This document shows positions 9,769 to 18,775 of a DNA stretch of 36,333 bases, piece after piece (position 1 is the stretch's first letter; each line of letters begins with the position of its first letter). The DNA is from a virus. Taxonomy: Duplodnaviria; Caudoviricetes. Where the stretch lies: positions 1 through 36,333 of IMG/VR virus record IMGVR_UViG_3300030095_005826. One strand, written 5' to 3'. Under the pieces are notes generated by a model. The model was not told the DNA's origin. It was given only the letters and a program-made list of their open reading frames with translations, and did no database searches. The translations under genes were made by a program, and so were the position numbers.

Positions 9769-11217
9769 TTAAGAAGTTAATAACATAAAGTTGTTTGCAC
9801 CTTGTGTAATTAAACATCTTTCTGATAGGTAGTGAACCTCCATTGCATCTAAATCTGAACTGAAGTTTCCTCCAACTGATCCAGTTGTCCAAGATTTCAT
9901 TTTTCTATCGTCAGTTTGAGAAGCTCTATATCTTACGTGTAAGAAAGGTCTTTTAATATTTTTACCAAGAATTTGGTCATAAATAGTAGATGTACCTGCT
10001 GGTACAATTACACCTCTTATATCGTTTTCAATAATACCTCTTGTTGAACCGTCATTTAAGTATTTCCAGTCAGTTTTGTAGAAGTCATAAGAACCTCTTC
10101 TAAAACCAGAAAAACCTAAGTTAAGCGCCATATCTTCGCTGTTAGAAAATACACCATAAGATGTACCACCTGCACCGTAAGAATTTTGCGTTGCTAACAT
10201 ATCATCAATTGCTAGAGATACATCTCTATTAATAAATAACATGTTTTCTTCAATTGCTCCTTGAGCGTCAAACTTCTTAAGAATGTTATCAAACGAACCT
10301 AAGTCATCTGTTGGCGATGTTCCTGCGATACCTGTTGTGATGTGACCTCTTGCAGTTACTGCTGCAAAAAGACCTTCTGTACCTGCAGTATCGTCAGCTC
10401 CAGCAGTACCTAACTGTGAGTCAACACCCCCAGCTGATTTTGCTAATTCACCTTCGATCATTGCCATTTCAAGGTTATCCTCGAATCTTTGCCTTGTATC
10501 ACCTTCGGCTTTTAAATACCATAGGTAACCAGACTGTCCTTGTTCTCCTGTTACTTCAACCCATCCAATTTGAGAAGAATCAGATCCTGAAACTTCGTAC
10601 TTATCTTTAATGATAATTGGCTTGTTAGTTAAAGAAGCAAAAGATGGTTGTACTGCATTCGTTATTCCTGAAGTTCCTTTCTTAAATTCAGAACCATACA
10701 CGAATAAGTCACACGTTGCTGTTCCGTCGTCATCAGTTGTTACGAAACCAGATACAGCACCAACAGTTGCACCTCCTGAATAAGGAATTGCAGTTAATGT
10801 TGTATTATCAGCTGCTACTGCAGAAACATATGCTTTAATTACTGTAGGAGAAGTTTGGTTATCGCTTAATACGATAGTTTGTCCAACTCTTACTGCGTGA
10901 GTTCCTGAAGATGCAATTGTAATTACACCGGTGTTAGCTACTGCTGCACCTGTGTATGATAAATGTAGTCTACCTTGCTCAGACCAAACTACTTGGTCAG
11001 AAGTCATAGGCATTTCAGCGCTTACCATTCTTAAGAAAGAAGCTATAGATCTGTTTCCAAATACTTCTACTTCTTGCTCATATAAGTCTGGTAAATACTG
11101 CTGAGACCAATCGTTTGAACCACCCGTAAATGATAGGTAGTTAGACGATAATGTCTGTTTAGCTGGTGCTGGCGTTGAGTTCAACGAGCCTCCAGCTGAT
11201 GGAGTTATTGCTGCCAT
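9769..11217 (-). CDS. Major capsid protein
   Basis: 482 aa; WSQQYLPDLYEQEVEVFGNR, VVWSEQGRLH, GFSGFRRGSYDFYKTDWKYLND motifs; follows the scaffold gene and precedes a terminator. Confidence 0.85.
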   Translation of the reverse strand: MAAITPSAGGSLNSTPAPAKQTLSSNYLSFTGGSNDWSQQYLPDLYEQEVEVFGNRSIASFLRMVSAEMPMTSDQVVWSEQGRLHLSYTGAAVANTGVITIASSGTHAVRVGQTIVLSDNQTSPTVIKAYVSAVAADNTTLTAIPYSGGATVGAVSGFVTTDDDGTATCDLFVYGSEFKKGTSGITNAVQPSFASLTNKPIIIKDKYEVSGSDSSQIGWVEVTGEQGQSGYLWYLKAEGDTRQRFEDNLEMAMIEGELAKSAGGVDSQLGTAGADDTAGTEGLFAAVTARGHITTGIAGTSPTDDLGSFDNILKKFDAQGAIEENMLFINRDVSLAIDDMLATQNSYGAGGTSYGVFSNSEDMALNLGFSGFRRGSYDFYKTDWKYLNDGSTRGIIENDIRGVIVPAGTSTIYDQILGKNIKRPFLHVRYRASQTDDRKMKSWTTGSVGGNFSSDLDAMEVHYLSERCLITQGANNFMLLTS

Positions 11218-11242
11218 TTTATATTTTAATTTTAATTAATGA

Positions 11243-12448
11243 TTATTTTTTTAATTTAATTCGTAGCTTACTGCTATCATCGCCTGATATTGCTCGTACT
11301 TTTATTCCTCCTGATTCAACAACTCCTGAACTAGTTTGTCGCGGATCCATATTTATATTTTTAGATTCTGATGCGATTTCCTTAACAGCTTCTGTTTTAC
11401 CAAGTTGATAAAAATGATTTGCAATATTATCAGCGTTTTTAGCGGCAAATAATGCTTTATGATAACCATATCCATCTTTTAGAGTTCTGTTTTCGTCTAG
11501 GTAACTACCAATAACGTTCATAACATCCATTTGGGTATTTTTAACATTGTCAACATCTTTCAATTTATATTTAAATGTTTTATTATCAATGTTGAAATCA
11601 AAACCTTTGAATTCTTGATTGAAAACTTCATTTGTTTTTAGTTTAAATTGATTTGTCGCTTTTTCTTGTTGGTGAGCAATTTCTTGTTGCTCAGTATTGT
11701 ATCTATTAAAAAAGTTTACAGCTTTTTGTTGATCAGTACTTAAACTGCCTGTGTTTTTAACTTCTTTATAGTATTGACTTTTTTGTCCTTCTAAATATTG
11801 TTTTGCTTTAGCTATCTCTTCCTTATAAGCTAATTCTTTTCTTTTAATATCTATTGGGTCATCTATTTCTTTGTCAAATGAATAATTATCGTCTATTAAA
11901 AAATTAACTTCATCTGATGTTAAGTGAGGTTTTGTAGTAGCATAATATTCTTTTATTAAATCTTTATTATCTAACCCCTCATAATTTTTATTTAGCCTTA
12001 TATAATCTTCCATAGAACCTCCTGTTTCATTCATAAAATTAACAAGTTCTAAAACTCCTTCAGGTACATTTACTTCAGGTTGTTCTACAGTATTTGCTTC
12101 TTGAACAATTGGTTCTTCTTTAATCGGCTCTTTTTTTGTTTGTTCCGATTCTTCAACCTGTTCAATTATCGCTTCTTCTTTTTCTTGACTTTCTGCGGCA
12201 GGCTCTTCAGGCTGCGTTTCGTTTTTTTCTTGAACTTCTTCGCTAGCGCCGGATTCGTCGCGTACAAGAACCTCATCTGTGCTTTGCTCTTGAATGGCAT
12301 CTTTTTCTTCTTTAGGTTTTCTTAAATCTACTTTAGTAACCGTTTCGGTTCCAGTATCAAGTCCCATTTTTTTAAGGACTTTGGTTTCTTTTTCAGCTGT
12401 AGACGGATTTTCGTCTTCTACAACCTTTGCTTTTATTTCTTCTGACAT
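11243..12448 (-). CDS. Capsid scaffolding protein
   Basis: 401 aa, acidic low-complexity N-terminus, helical body, directly upstream of the major capsid gene. Confidence 0.7.
   Translation of the reverse strand: MSEEIKAKVVEDENPSTAEKETKVLKKMGLDTGTETVTKVDLRKPKEEKDAIQEQSTDEVLVRDESGASEEVQEKNETQPEEPAAESQEKEEAIIEQVEESEQTKKEPIKEEPIVQEANTVEQPEVNVPEGVLELVNFMNETGGSMEDYIRLNKNYEGLDNKDLIKEYYATTKPHLTSDEVNFLIDDNYSFDKEIDDPIDIKRKELAYKEEIAKAKQYLEGQKSQYYKEVKNTGSLSTDQQKAVNFFNRYNTEQQEIAHQQEKATNQFKLKTNEVFNQEFKGFDFNIDNKTFKYKLKDVDNVKNTQMDVMNVIGSYLDENRTLKDGYGYHKALFAAKNADNIANHFYQLGKTEAVKEIASESKNINMDPRQTSSGVVESGGIKVRAISGDDSSKLRIKLKK
12166..12300 (-). CDS. Overprinted (+1 frame) small basic protein inside scaffold gene, 44 aa
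   Basis: ATG at 12300 to TAA at 12166: MPFKSKAQMRFLYATNPALAKKFKKKTKRSLKSLPQKVKKKKKR; coincides with a local GC jump (32/60 at 12241-12300 vs 12/60 at 11941-12000). Confidence 0.75.
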   Translation of the reverse strand: MPFKSKAQMRFLYATNPALAKKFKKKTKRSLKSLPQKVKKKKKR

Positions 12449-12499
12449 AATATAATATAATTGTTTTTATTCTTTTTATAAAGGTAAGAATAATTAACC

Positions 12500-12817
12500 T
12501 TATGCTCCTTGATATGCAACTATAGTTCCAGAGTTTACATCAATTTCAGTCCAACGACCATAAATTGTTACTCCTTTTGGAAAGGTTACGCTATCTACTA
12601 CAAGGCCCGCTGCTCCAGCTCCTATGCCTTCAGTATTAACATAAGTTGTTGCGCTTTCTGCAACTAATCCACTTGCGCTATCAAAAACTGTATCCGATAA
12701 CATTGTTATTGCTACCCATACATTTCCAGAAGTTGGTGTAATTGCTGCTGAACTTGCTGTTGTATATGCTGAACCGTTTATACTACCGGTCCAATCGTTT
12801 TTTACTACTTTTCCCAT
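12500..12817 (-). CDS. Small beta-rich protein, possible head decoration protein
   Basis: 105-aa ORF between portal and scaffold; function inferred from position only. Confidence 0.65.
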   Translation of the reverse strand: MGKVVKNDWTGSINGSAYTTASSAAITPTSGNVWVAITMLSDTVFDSASGLVAESATTYVNTEGIGAGAAGLVVDSVTFPKGVTIYGRWTEIDVNSGTIVAYQGA

Positions 12818-12834
12818 TTTTATTTATTTAATTA

Positions 12835-15258
12835 TTACCTTGGTTCAAATTGTTCTAAACCAAATCCTCCTAAAGTATCAAACCCACTTGATTCAAAGTT
12901 TTTTGGCGGCGTATTATTTTTTCTTTGTTCTATTAACTCAGACTGTTGTGAAGCTTGAATTTTTGTTCTTTCATCTTTTCTATCTTCACGAAACTTATCT
13001 TTATCATTAATCACTCGTAAATCCATTTCTTTAAGCTTAACGTTTAATTGAAACTCATGAAGCATAAGCTCTTTTTTAATAGCAGCTTCTCTTTCTAATT
13101 TTTGAATATCAAATTGTGTTTGAGCTTGTCCCATTTTAACTTTATTTTCAGTCATTACCTGATTCTTTTGAATATCTACGGCAGCAGCAGCCTCAGCGGC
13201 TTTTGCATTAGACTCAGATTGTAACTCTATATTTCTTCTTGAAACAGCTTGATCTCTTTCTTGTTTTTTTCTTTTTCTTAATTTTAATAACTCATTTGCA
13301 AGTTTTAAATTTTTAATATTTCTTACATCAATTGCATCTTCAAGATTAATTTGTTCTTTCTGTAGAGAAACCTGTATATTGTTTTCCAGTAATTGTTTTT
13401 CTTCTTCATCGGGAGTTAATTCTAAAAATATTCCAAAATCATGTAAGTGCAGCTCTTCTACTTCTTCTAAATTAGCAACATTAAATCTTCCTAAAGAATT
13501 TATAAAAGAGTTTTTTGTATTAGCAAATTCTAAAACATCTGAAATACGTAAACTAATAGCTTCAGCTGTTTTTAATGAAAGATATAAACCAGATTGTAAT
13601 ACATGCCTCGTTGCGGTATTAGAGTTTGCTGCAGCTAATTTTTGCAAGCCTACTAAAGCATTTTTATCAGGTAATGATCCATCTCGCGCTTCATTTAATC
13701 CCGTAACATCTCTCATGTTTTGTAAATAATAATTATAAGCTGTAATTAAAGAAGATATTTTTCCACCTCCATTTCCGCTTTGTAATTCTTGAATAGGTAC
13801 TCTTCCGTTGTTAAACTCCCCATCTTGCGTCATTGATCTTCCAATAACAGAACCTGTTTGAAAAAACATATTTAAAGCTTCTTGAGGATTATAATTAGTT
13901 CCATTACCTAAGTCAACCTCAGCTATTCCGTCTGCATCTAAAAATACTCCGTCAGGCACCATTCTTGATAACACTTGTTGTAATTTTAAATGTGTTAATT
14001 GAATCATATCTGCAAACGTTGTCATCCTGCTAACTAATGATTCTAATCTTCCTTTATACATTCTAGGAGCCACAATATTATATGACATTTGAACTTTAGT
14101 GGTGTCAGATTTAGGTCTTGTCATATTTTCTGCCATTTGCCAGCTTAAAATATTTTCACTACCTATTATTTTTGCTCCACAATATAAAACTTCAATAGCT
14201 CTATCTACTTTTTCAAATCTTGATCTTTGATCTGCAGGAGGATTAAAGCTATCATCTTTTTTAATTGCTTTTTTACCGCCTGACGTAGTTTCTTTAATTT
14301 TATATGTTTGATTTCTATAAGTTTTATATTCAAAATATAAAATATATACGTAACCATCGTCGTCCCCATCTAAAGCCCCATACGATTTATTATATAACAA
14401 AGCGCCTGAGCCTAATCCGTTATCTTCAATATTTTTAATTTCTTCATCTGTAATTTCAGGAAATTGTTTTTTAAGCTCAACTATACTTAATTTTTTTATT
14501 TCACCTACGTAATATAAATCGTCAAAGTAAGGCGATTCTGTAAAAGAATATACAATATCAGATGGGTCTACATAATTTATAGTTATACCTTCTGCTTTAT
14601 TAAATCCATTTTTTACACACCCCATCCCTATAACAGCTATGTCATAATCAAGTCTTTTCTTAATTAGTTCATATTTGTTTTTTTCCATAACATTGTTTAT
14701 AGCTTCCTCTTGCGCTATTTCAATACCTTGTTTATATTCTAATTGCATATGAACACTTAGTTCATTTTCATCATAAGGTAATTTAGTAGGGTCTGTTTTA
14801 TAAACATTTACACCTAGTCTGCTTTGGACGGCGTCAATATATTCTTTTGACTTCATGTCTCGAAGTATATTTGACATATAGCTATTTCTTTTTTCTATTG
14901 AGCTAGGGTCCTGCGAATAAGCTTTTACATCATATGTTCTTTCTGCAATACCATTAACTACTATATCTACGAACTTAGGAATAATAGGTACAGGTTTCCA
15001 ATCTAAATTTAAATAAGATAAATCTCCATTTATTGAAAGTTCATCTTTATATTTTTGTATTGATTGTTCACCTCTTGCATATAATCTTAATCTATGAAAG
15101 TTTTCACGATTAGATTGATACCTTGAAGTACCAGAATCTTTTTTAAACCATTCCGATTCAATAGCTCTTCCTATTTTCTTACCATATTCTATGCTAGCTT
15201 TTTCTGTGTCAGATACTGACATACTCGGAAATAATCCTGTTGGGTGTGACTTTGCCAT
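12835..15258 (-). CDS. Portal protein
   Basis: 807 aa; RLRLYARGEQSIQKYKDEL, LDWKPVPIIPKFVDIVVNG, RDVTGLNEARDGS motifs, C-terminal coiled coil; abuts terL. Confidence 0.85.
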   Translation of the reverse strand: MAKSHPTGLFPSMSVSDTEKASIEYGKKIGRAIESEWFKKDSGTSRYQSNRENFHRLRLYARGEQSIQKYKDELSINGDLSYLNLDWKPVPIIPKFVDIVVNGIAERTYDVKAYSQDPSSIEKRNSYMSNILRDMKSKEYIDAVQSRLGVNVYKTDPTKLPYDENELSVHMQLEYKQGIEIAQEEAINNVMEKNKYELIKKRLDYDIAVIGMGCVKNGFNKAEGITINYVDPSDIVYSFTESPYFDDLYYVGEIKKLSIVELKKQFPEITDEEIKNIEDNGLGSGALLYNKSYGALDGDDDGYVYILYFEYKTYRNQTYKIKETTSGGKKAIKKDDSFNPPADQRSRFEKVDRAIEVLYCGAKIIGSENILSWQMAENMTRPKSDTTKVQMSYNIVAPRMYKGRLESLVSRMTTFADMIQLTHLKLQQVLSRMVPDGVFLDADGIAEVDLGNGTNYNPQEALNMFFQTGSVIGRSMTQDGEFNNGRVPIQELQSGNGGGKISSLITAYNYYLQNMRDVTGLNEARDGSLPDKNALVGLQKLAAANSNTATRHVLQSGLYLSLKTAEAISLRISDVLEFANTKNSFINSLGRFNVANLEEVEELHLHDFGIFLELTPDEEEKQLLENNIQVSLQKEQINLEDAIDVRNIKNLKLANELLKLRKRKKQERDQAVSRRNIELQSESNAKAAEAAAAVDIQKNQVMTENKVKMGQAQTQFDIQKLEREAAIKKELMLHEFQLNVKLKEMDLRVINDKDKFREDRKDERTKIQASQQSELIEQRKNNTPPKNFESSGFDTLGGFGLEQFEPR

Positions 15259-17475
15259 TTACTTTAATATTTTTGATAAACTACCTTGGTTATTATATTT
15301 TTTAAATTCAAACTCTAATTTCTTTTTTGTTTTTACTACAGCGGGTGCATACATATTTTTATTACATGCCATAATTGCAAGCCCTGAACTTATTGCTGCA
15401 TCAAACTTTGTTCTTTTATTTATATCAAACAAAGCCCAATCATTTAATGTACGATCAAAATATAAATCACCATAATTGTTATCTTCTTTTAATCCTACAT
15501 GTTTGTCTATATATGATTCTATAGCTGCCGCGTGTGCTTGTCTAATATCTTCTGAGGAATTTGGTATACCTCCTACTTCTTTTTCTGTAACTGATAATTT
15601 ATTATAATTTTTATCAGGTCTATTCATTGAATATCCTCTATAGCCTCTTCTTTTTAAATAATACAAAAGTCTTGGCTTATTGTTTTCTGCTAATAACGGC
15701 ATTCCATAAAATACTAATGCCATTAATACATCTTCAAAAAACATTTCCGCTGTTGGCGGCCTTGATACATATTCAAGAAAAAAACTATTAGAAGGGGCTT
15801 CGTCTAAGCTAAACTTAGTCAATCCATGTAAAGCTCCTTTAGATCCTTGACCATCTGTCGTTCCGGATATATCGTAACTATCACATCCAAAAGCCCCTAA
15901 GTGTTCATTACCAGGATGCTTTCTTCCACTTCTATTAATTACAATGTTTTGCATATGTACAGGTGGTATCCAAGAAATATTAAATCTTCCTTTTAAGTCT
16001 GGCATAAAAATAACTTTGCTATCTTTTATTCCATTTTCCCATTGAAAGTTTCCTTTTGATACAAACCCAGATCCTTTTAAATCTCCATTGTAATCTATTT
16101 GTTCGTATATCTTTTGTAAATTAAATATACTATTTTTTGTTTCGTCTCTAAACGCATGTTCTTCAGTACGCGGGAATTGACGATAAAATTCATTTAATGC
16201 GTCTTGGTCGCCTTTAAGACCATCTGCTTCGTTTTGCCAATGTTCAATAACTCCTGTTCCAATTGTTTCTCCATAATTGTCGCGAGCGCTAGTATCTCCA
16301 GATTCAAAGACAGGCATTCCGCAATCGTCGATAAATCCTTCGTAGTTCCATTCCATAGGTATGAATAAGCTATATAATCCAGAGCTTGTTTGTCCATTCC
16401 TGTTTCGTTTAGTAACGTCTGAAGCATAATATAATTTTTTAAAGTTATCACCACCCTTATCCAGTGAATTTGATGTTGATCCCATCATACACTTTCCTAT
16501 TATCCTACTTCCTAATCTTAGGGTTGTTTTTGTTACTCGCCAGTTATTTAATATATTATCTGGTCTTTCCCATTTACCAGATTCATCATGCACTAATAGT
16601 TTTAACTTTTCACCATCATAAGAGTTATCTCCTGTATTCTTCCAATCTATTGTTGTATCGAGCCCTTCGAGCGCCTCGGGCTTAGCGGAGCCAGTTGCAC
16701 TGATGGATTTCCTTGTGAGCTTGGAGGCTGGTACCCTGAAGGCGAGCTCGGTCTTGGGACGGTCCATTCCGTCTTGTATTGGTTTGAAGAAAAAGGGGTA
16801 GTGTACTGATATGGGTACCACCTTGTCGGTAAACATCTTCTTTGCATCTGCACCACTCTTCGATAAGATTCCGAATCTAGAATCTGACGATATTGTGGCT
16901 TGGTTAACCGTCTCAGCACTTGACATGAATGAAAATCCGGAACGCCTATTTTTAAGGTAGCAAATTCCATAGCATCTTTGATCTGCCTTGCATGCCTCCC
17001 AGAATATGAAGAATAATCTGTTTGCTTCTCGAAAGTCTGGCTTCCCAACATCAATTTTGGACCACTGCAAGTACATATAATGAGTGCCAGTAATATAAGT
17101 GCTACAACCTTTGTTGCGAAACCAATAGCCTTCTTCCCTCCTGGTAAATTCTCTATCAATGTATGCATACCACTTTTCTTTTAATTCTTCTGGATAATTT
17201 CTCCAATCAAATATTGTTTTTAGTCTTCTAAGCTCTTCTGGGTAATCATGCGCAATCCATTTATCATCTATGCTATACACATCTTTTTCAACAGGTAAAG
17301 CAATTTTTAAATTTTGTATTTCATATACTTCACCTATTTTACCTGTTCTGCTAATAACAACTACATCATGTTCTTCATTATATCCATACTCCCACTTCTT
17401 GCCTTTATTCAATCTACTAATAGTAGTTTTTTTAATAGGCTCAATAATTTTGTATAATGTTTGTTGATACGCCAT
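15259..17475 (-). CDS. terL: Terminase large subunit
   Basis: 738 aa; Walker A-like KNRRSGFS, Walker B LLVHDESGK, motif MGST, nuclease motifs FGCDSYD and FDAAISSGLA. Confidence 0.9.
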   Translation of the reverse strand: MAYQQTLYKIIEPIKKTTISRLNKGKKWEYGYNEEHDVVVISRTGKIGEVYEIQNLKIALPVEKDVYSIDDKWIAHDYPEELRRLKTIFDWRNYPEELKEKWYAYIDREFTRREEGYWFRNKGCSTYITGTHYMYLQWSKIDVGKPDFREANRLFFIFWEACKADQRCYGICYLKNRRSGFSFMSSAETVNQATISSDSRFGILSKSGADAKKMFTDKVVPISVHYPFFFKPIQDGMDRPKTELAFRVPASKLTRKSISATGSAKPEALEGLDTTIDWKNTGDNSYDGEKLKLLVHDESGKWERPDNILNNWRVTKTTLRLGSRIIGKCMMGSTSNSLDKGGDNFKKLYYASDVTKRNRNGQTSSGLYSLFIPMEWNYEGFIDDCGMPVFESGDTSARDNYGETIGTGVIEHWQNEADGLKGDQDALNEFYRQFPRTEEHAFRDETKNSIFNLQKIYEQIDYNGDLKGSGFVSKGNFQWENGIKDSKVIFMPDLKGRFNISWIPPVHMQNIVINRSGRKHPGNEHLGAFGCDSYDISGTTDGQGSKGALHGLTKFSLDEAPSNSFFLEYVSRPPTAEMFFEDVLMALVFYGMPLLAENNKPRLLYYLKRRGYRGYSMNRPDKNYNKLSVTEKEVGGIPNSSEDIRQAHAAAIESYIDKHVGLKEDNNYGDLYFDRTLNDWALFDINKRTKFDAAISSGLAIMACNKNMYAPAVVKTKKKLEFEFKKYNNQGSLSKILK
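16194..16454 (-). CDS. Candidate overprinted (+1 frame) ORF inside terL, up to 86 aa
   Basis: Same alternative frame as 16647-17168; locally raised GC (26/60 at 16261-16320). Confidence 0.4.
   Translation of the reverse strand: MVITLKNYIMLQTLLNETGMDKQALDYIAYSYLWNGTTKDLSTIAECLSLNLEILALATIMEKQLEQELLNIGKTKQMVLKATKTH
16647..17168 (-). CDS. Candidate overprinted (+1 frame) lipoprotein/membrane protein inside terL, 173 aa
   Basis: 173 stop-free codons in the +1 frame; signal-like KK...KVVALILLALIICTC-SGPK; Pro/Ser-rich tail; GC 32/60 at 16681-16740 vs 13/60 at 17281-17340. Confidence 0.6.
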   Translation of the reverse strand: MHTLIENLPGGKKAIGFATKVVALILLALIICTCSGPKLMLGSQTFEKQTDYSSYSGRHARQIKDAMEFATLKIGVPDFHSCQVLRRLTKPQYRQILDSESYRRVVQMQRRCLPTRWYPYQYTTPFSSNQYKTEWTVPRPSSPSGYQPPSSQGNPSVQLAPLSPRRSKGSIQQ

Positions 17476-17747
17476 TACTTAGATTTTTTTTCTGCAAACC
17501 CTGAAAACGTATTTTCTTTTGTTTGCTTTGGTTTATTTTCAAGTAAACTTTTTTCTGCTTCTATTCTATTTAATATTTCAAAAGCATCAAATATTGCAAG
17601 TTTCTTGGTAGCAGCAGCGTTCTTTAATCTATCAGCTGAAACATCATCATCAGTTTCAACAATAGCTTCTTTTGCTACTTTGACCAATTCGTCAACAGCT
17701 TTATAGCCAGCTTGGATTATATTCTCTTTCTTCTTTTTTATATCCAT
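17475..17747 (-). CDS. Probable terminase small subunit
   Basis: 90-aa helical ORF whose stop overlaps the terL start; call based on position. Confidence 0.55.
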   Translation of the reverse strand: MDIKKKKENIIQAGYKAVDELVKVAKEAIVETDDDVSADRLKNAAATKKLAIFDAFEILNRIEAEKSLLENKPKQTKENTFSGFAEKKSK

Positions 17748-18288
17748 AACGTATAGATATTTCGTTGTTTATTACTCTATATAGTCTTTCGCCTTCTATT
17801 ACAAATTCATATTCACTATCTGGAGTAAATCCTATTTTTTCATTAACCTTAAAGTTATTCGTATTATCTACGTACTTAATAATACCTGTTAATGAGATTT
17901 CTTTATTAATTGAAAACTTATCATTGTTTAGTAAAGGTTTTACGAAACTAAATCCTTGATTCGCTTTCCATATGCCATCACGCTTGTAAAGAAATATTTG
18001 CTCAAGTTCGCAGAAGTATAAATTATTTTTAAAATAACTTTTACTATTGCGCTCAATACCTCTAACGTCATGCCAACGACGAAATATATTGTGATGCACA
18101 TAAAGAACATCACCTCTGTTAATATGTGTATCACGTGCTATAGGTGTTTCATAAACTATTGCTTCACGACTTACAAACTTGTGATCAGATATATCGGTGT
18201 TTAATATCAACTCCTTATCTCCAACTGTTTTTGTATTGTCGTATCTTTCTTTTTTAGGTTTTATTAAAAAGGAATAAATAGGTTTCAT
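17701..18288 (-). CDS. Tandem GroES-like (double co-chaperonin fold) protein
   Basis: Two GroES-like halves: MKPIYSFLIKP...INRGDVLYVHH and KANQGFSFVKP...GIIKY...VNEKIGF...EFVIEGERLYRVINNEI. Confidence 0.6.
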   Translation of the reverse strand: MKPIYSFLIKPKKERYDNTKTVGDKELILNTDISDHKFVSREAIVYETPIARDTHINRGDVLYVHHNIFRRWHDVRGIERNSKSYFKNNLYFCELEQIFLYKRDGIWKANQGFSFVKPLLNNDKFSINKEISLTGIIKYVDNTNNFKVNEKIGFTPDSEYEFVIEGERLYRVINNEISIRYGYKKEEREYNPSWL

Positions 18289-18509
18289 TAATATTGTAAA
18301 TTATACTCAACAGATATTGCCATGTTTTTATTAAAACTTTTCCAAGGTAAAACATCTGTACCTTTTTTTATGTAAATAGAATACTTGTCTTTTTCTTCTA
18401 TTATGTCACATATTGTATGGCCACCATAAACGTCTTGCCCTACGGCATAATGCATTGCATCAGTTTTATAATTTTTTCCAATACTAATCTTTCTTATCAG
18501 CTTGCTCAT
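18288..18509 (-). CDS. Hypothetical protein (likely start MSKLIRKISIG at 18509)
   Basis: ORF 18288-18539; the internal ATG gives a shorter overlap with the upstream gene. Confidence 0.7.
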   Translation of the reverse strand: MSKLIRKISIGKNYKTDAMHYAVGQDVYGGHTICDIIEEKDKYSIYIKKGTDVLPWKSFNKNMAISVEYNLQY

Positions 18510-18744
18510 CTGTTTCTTCTGTTTCAGTGAGGCTACCATCTTCTACGTTAATACTAACATTACCGTATGTTTCTTTTAATCCCATTTGCATTGTTCTGAG
18601 TTCTTCGCGAACCGTATCAAATGCTTTTAAAACTTTATTCTGATCTACAGCTAAAGCTCCTAGCTTATATTGTAGATTATTTAAAACTGATATTTTAGCT
18701 TGTAATTCTTCAAGCTCCTCTTTTGTTATTTTCTTTTTTGACAT
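18484..18744 (-). CDS. Small coiled-coil hypothetical protein
   Basis: 86 aa, heptad pattern, C-terminal YGNVSINVEDG. Confidence 0.75.
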   Translation of the reverse strand: MSKKKITKEELEELQAKISVLNNLQYKLGALAVDQNKVLKAFDTVREELRTMQMGLKETYGNVSINVEDGSLTETEETDEQADKKD

Positions 18745-18775
18745 TTTATTTAATTTAATTTAATTAGACTATATA

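Noticed and set aside
12080-12325. Phe-rich antisense ORF over the scaffold GC patch
   Set aside because: Complement of Glu/Lys codons; the +1 sense ORF explains the patch better.
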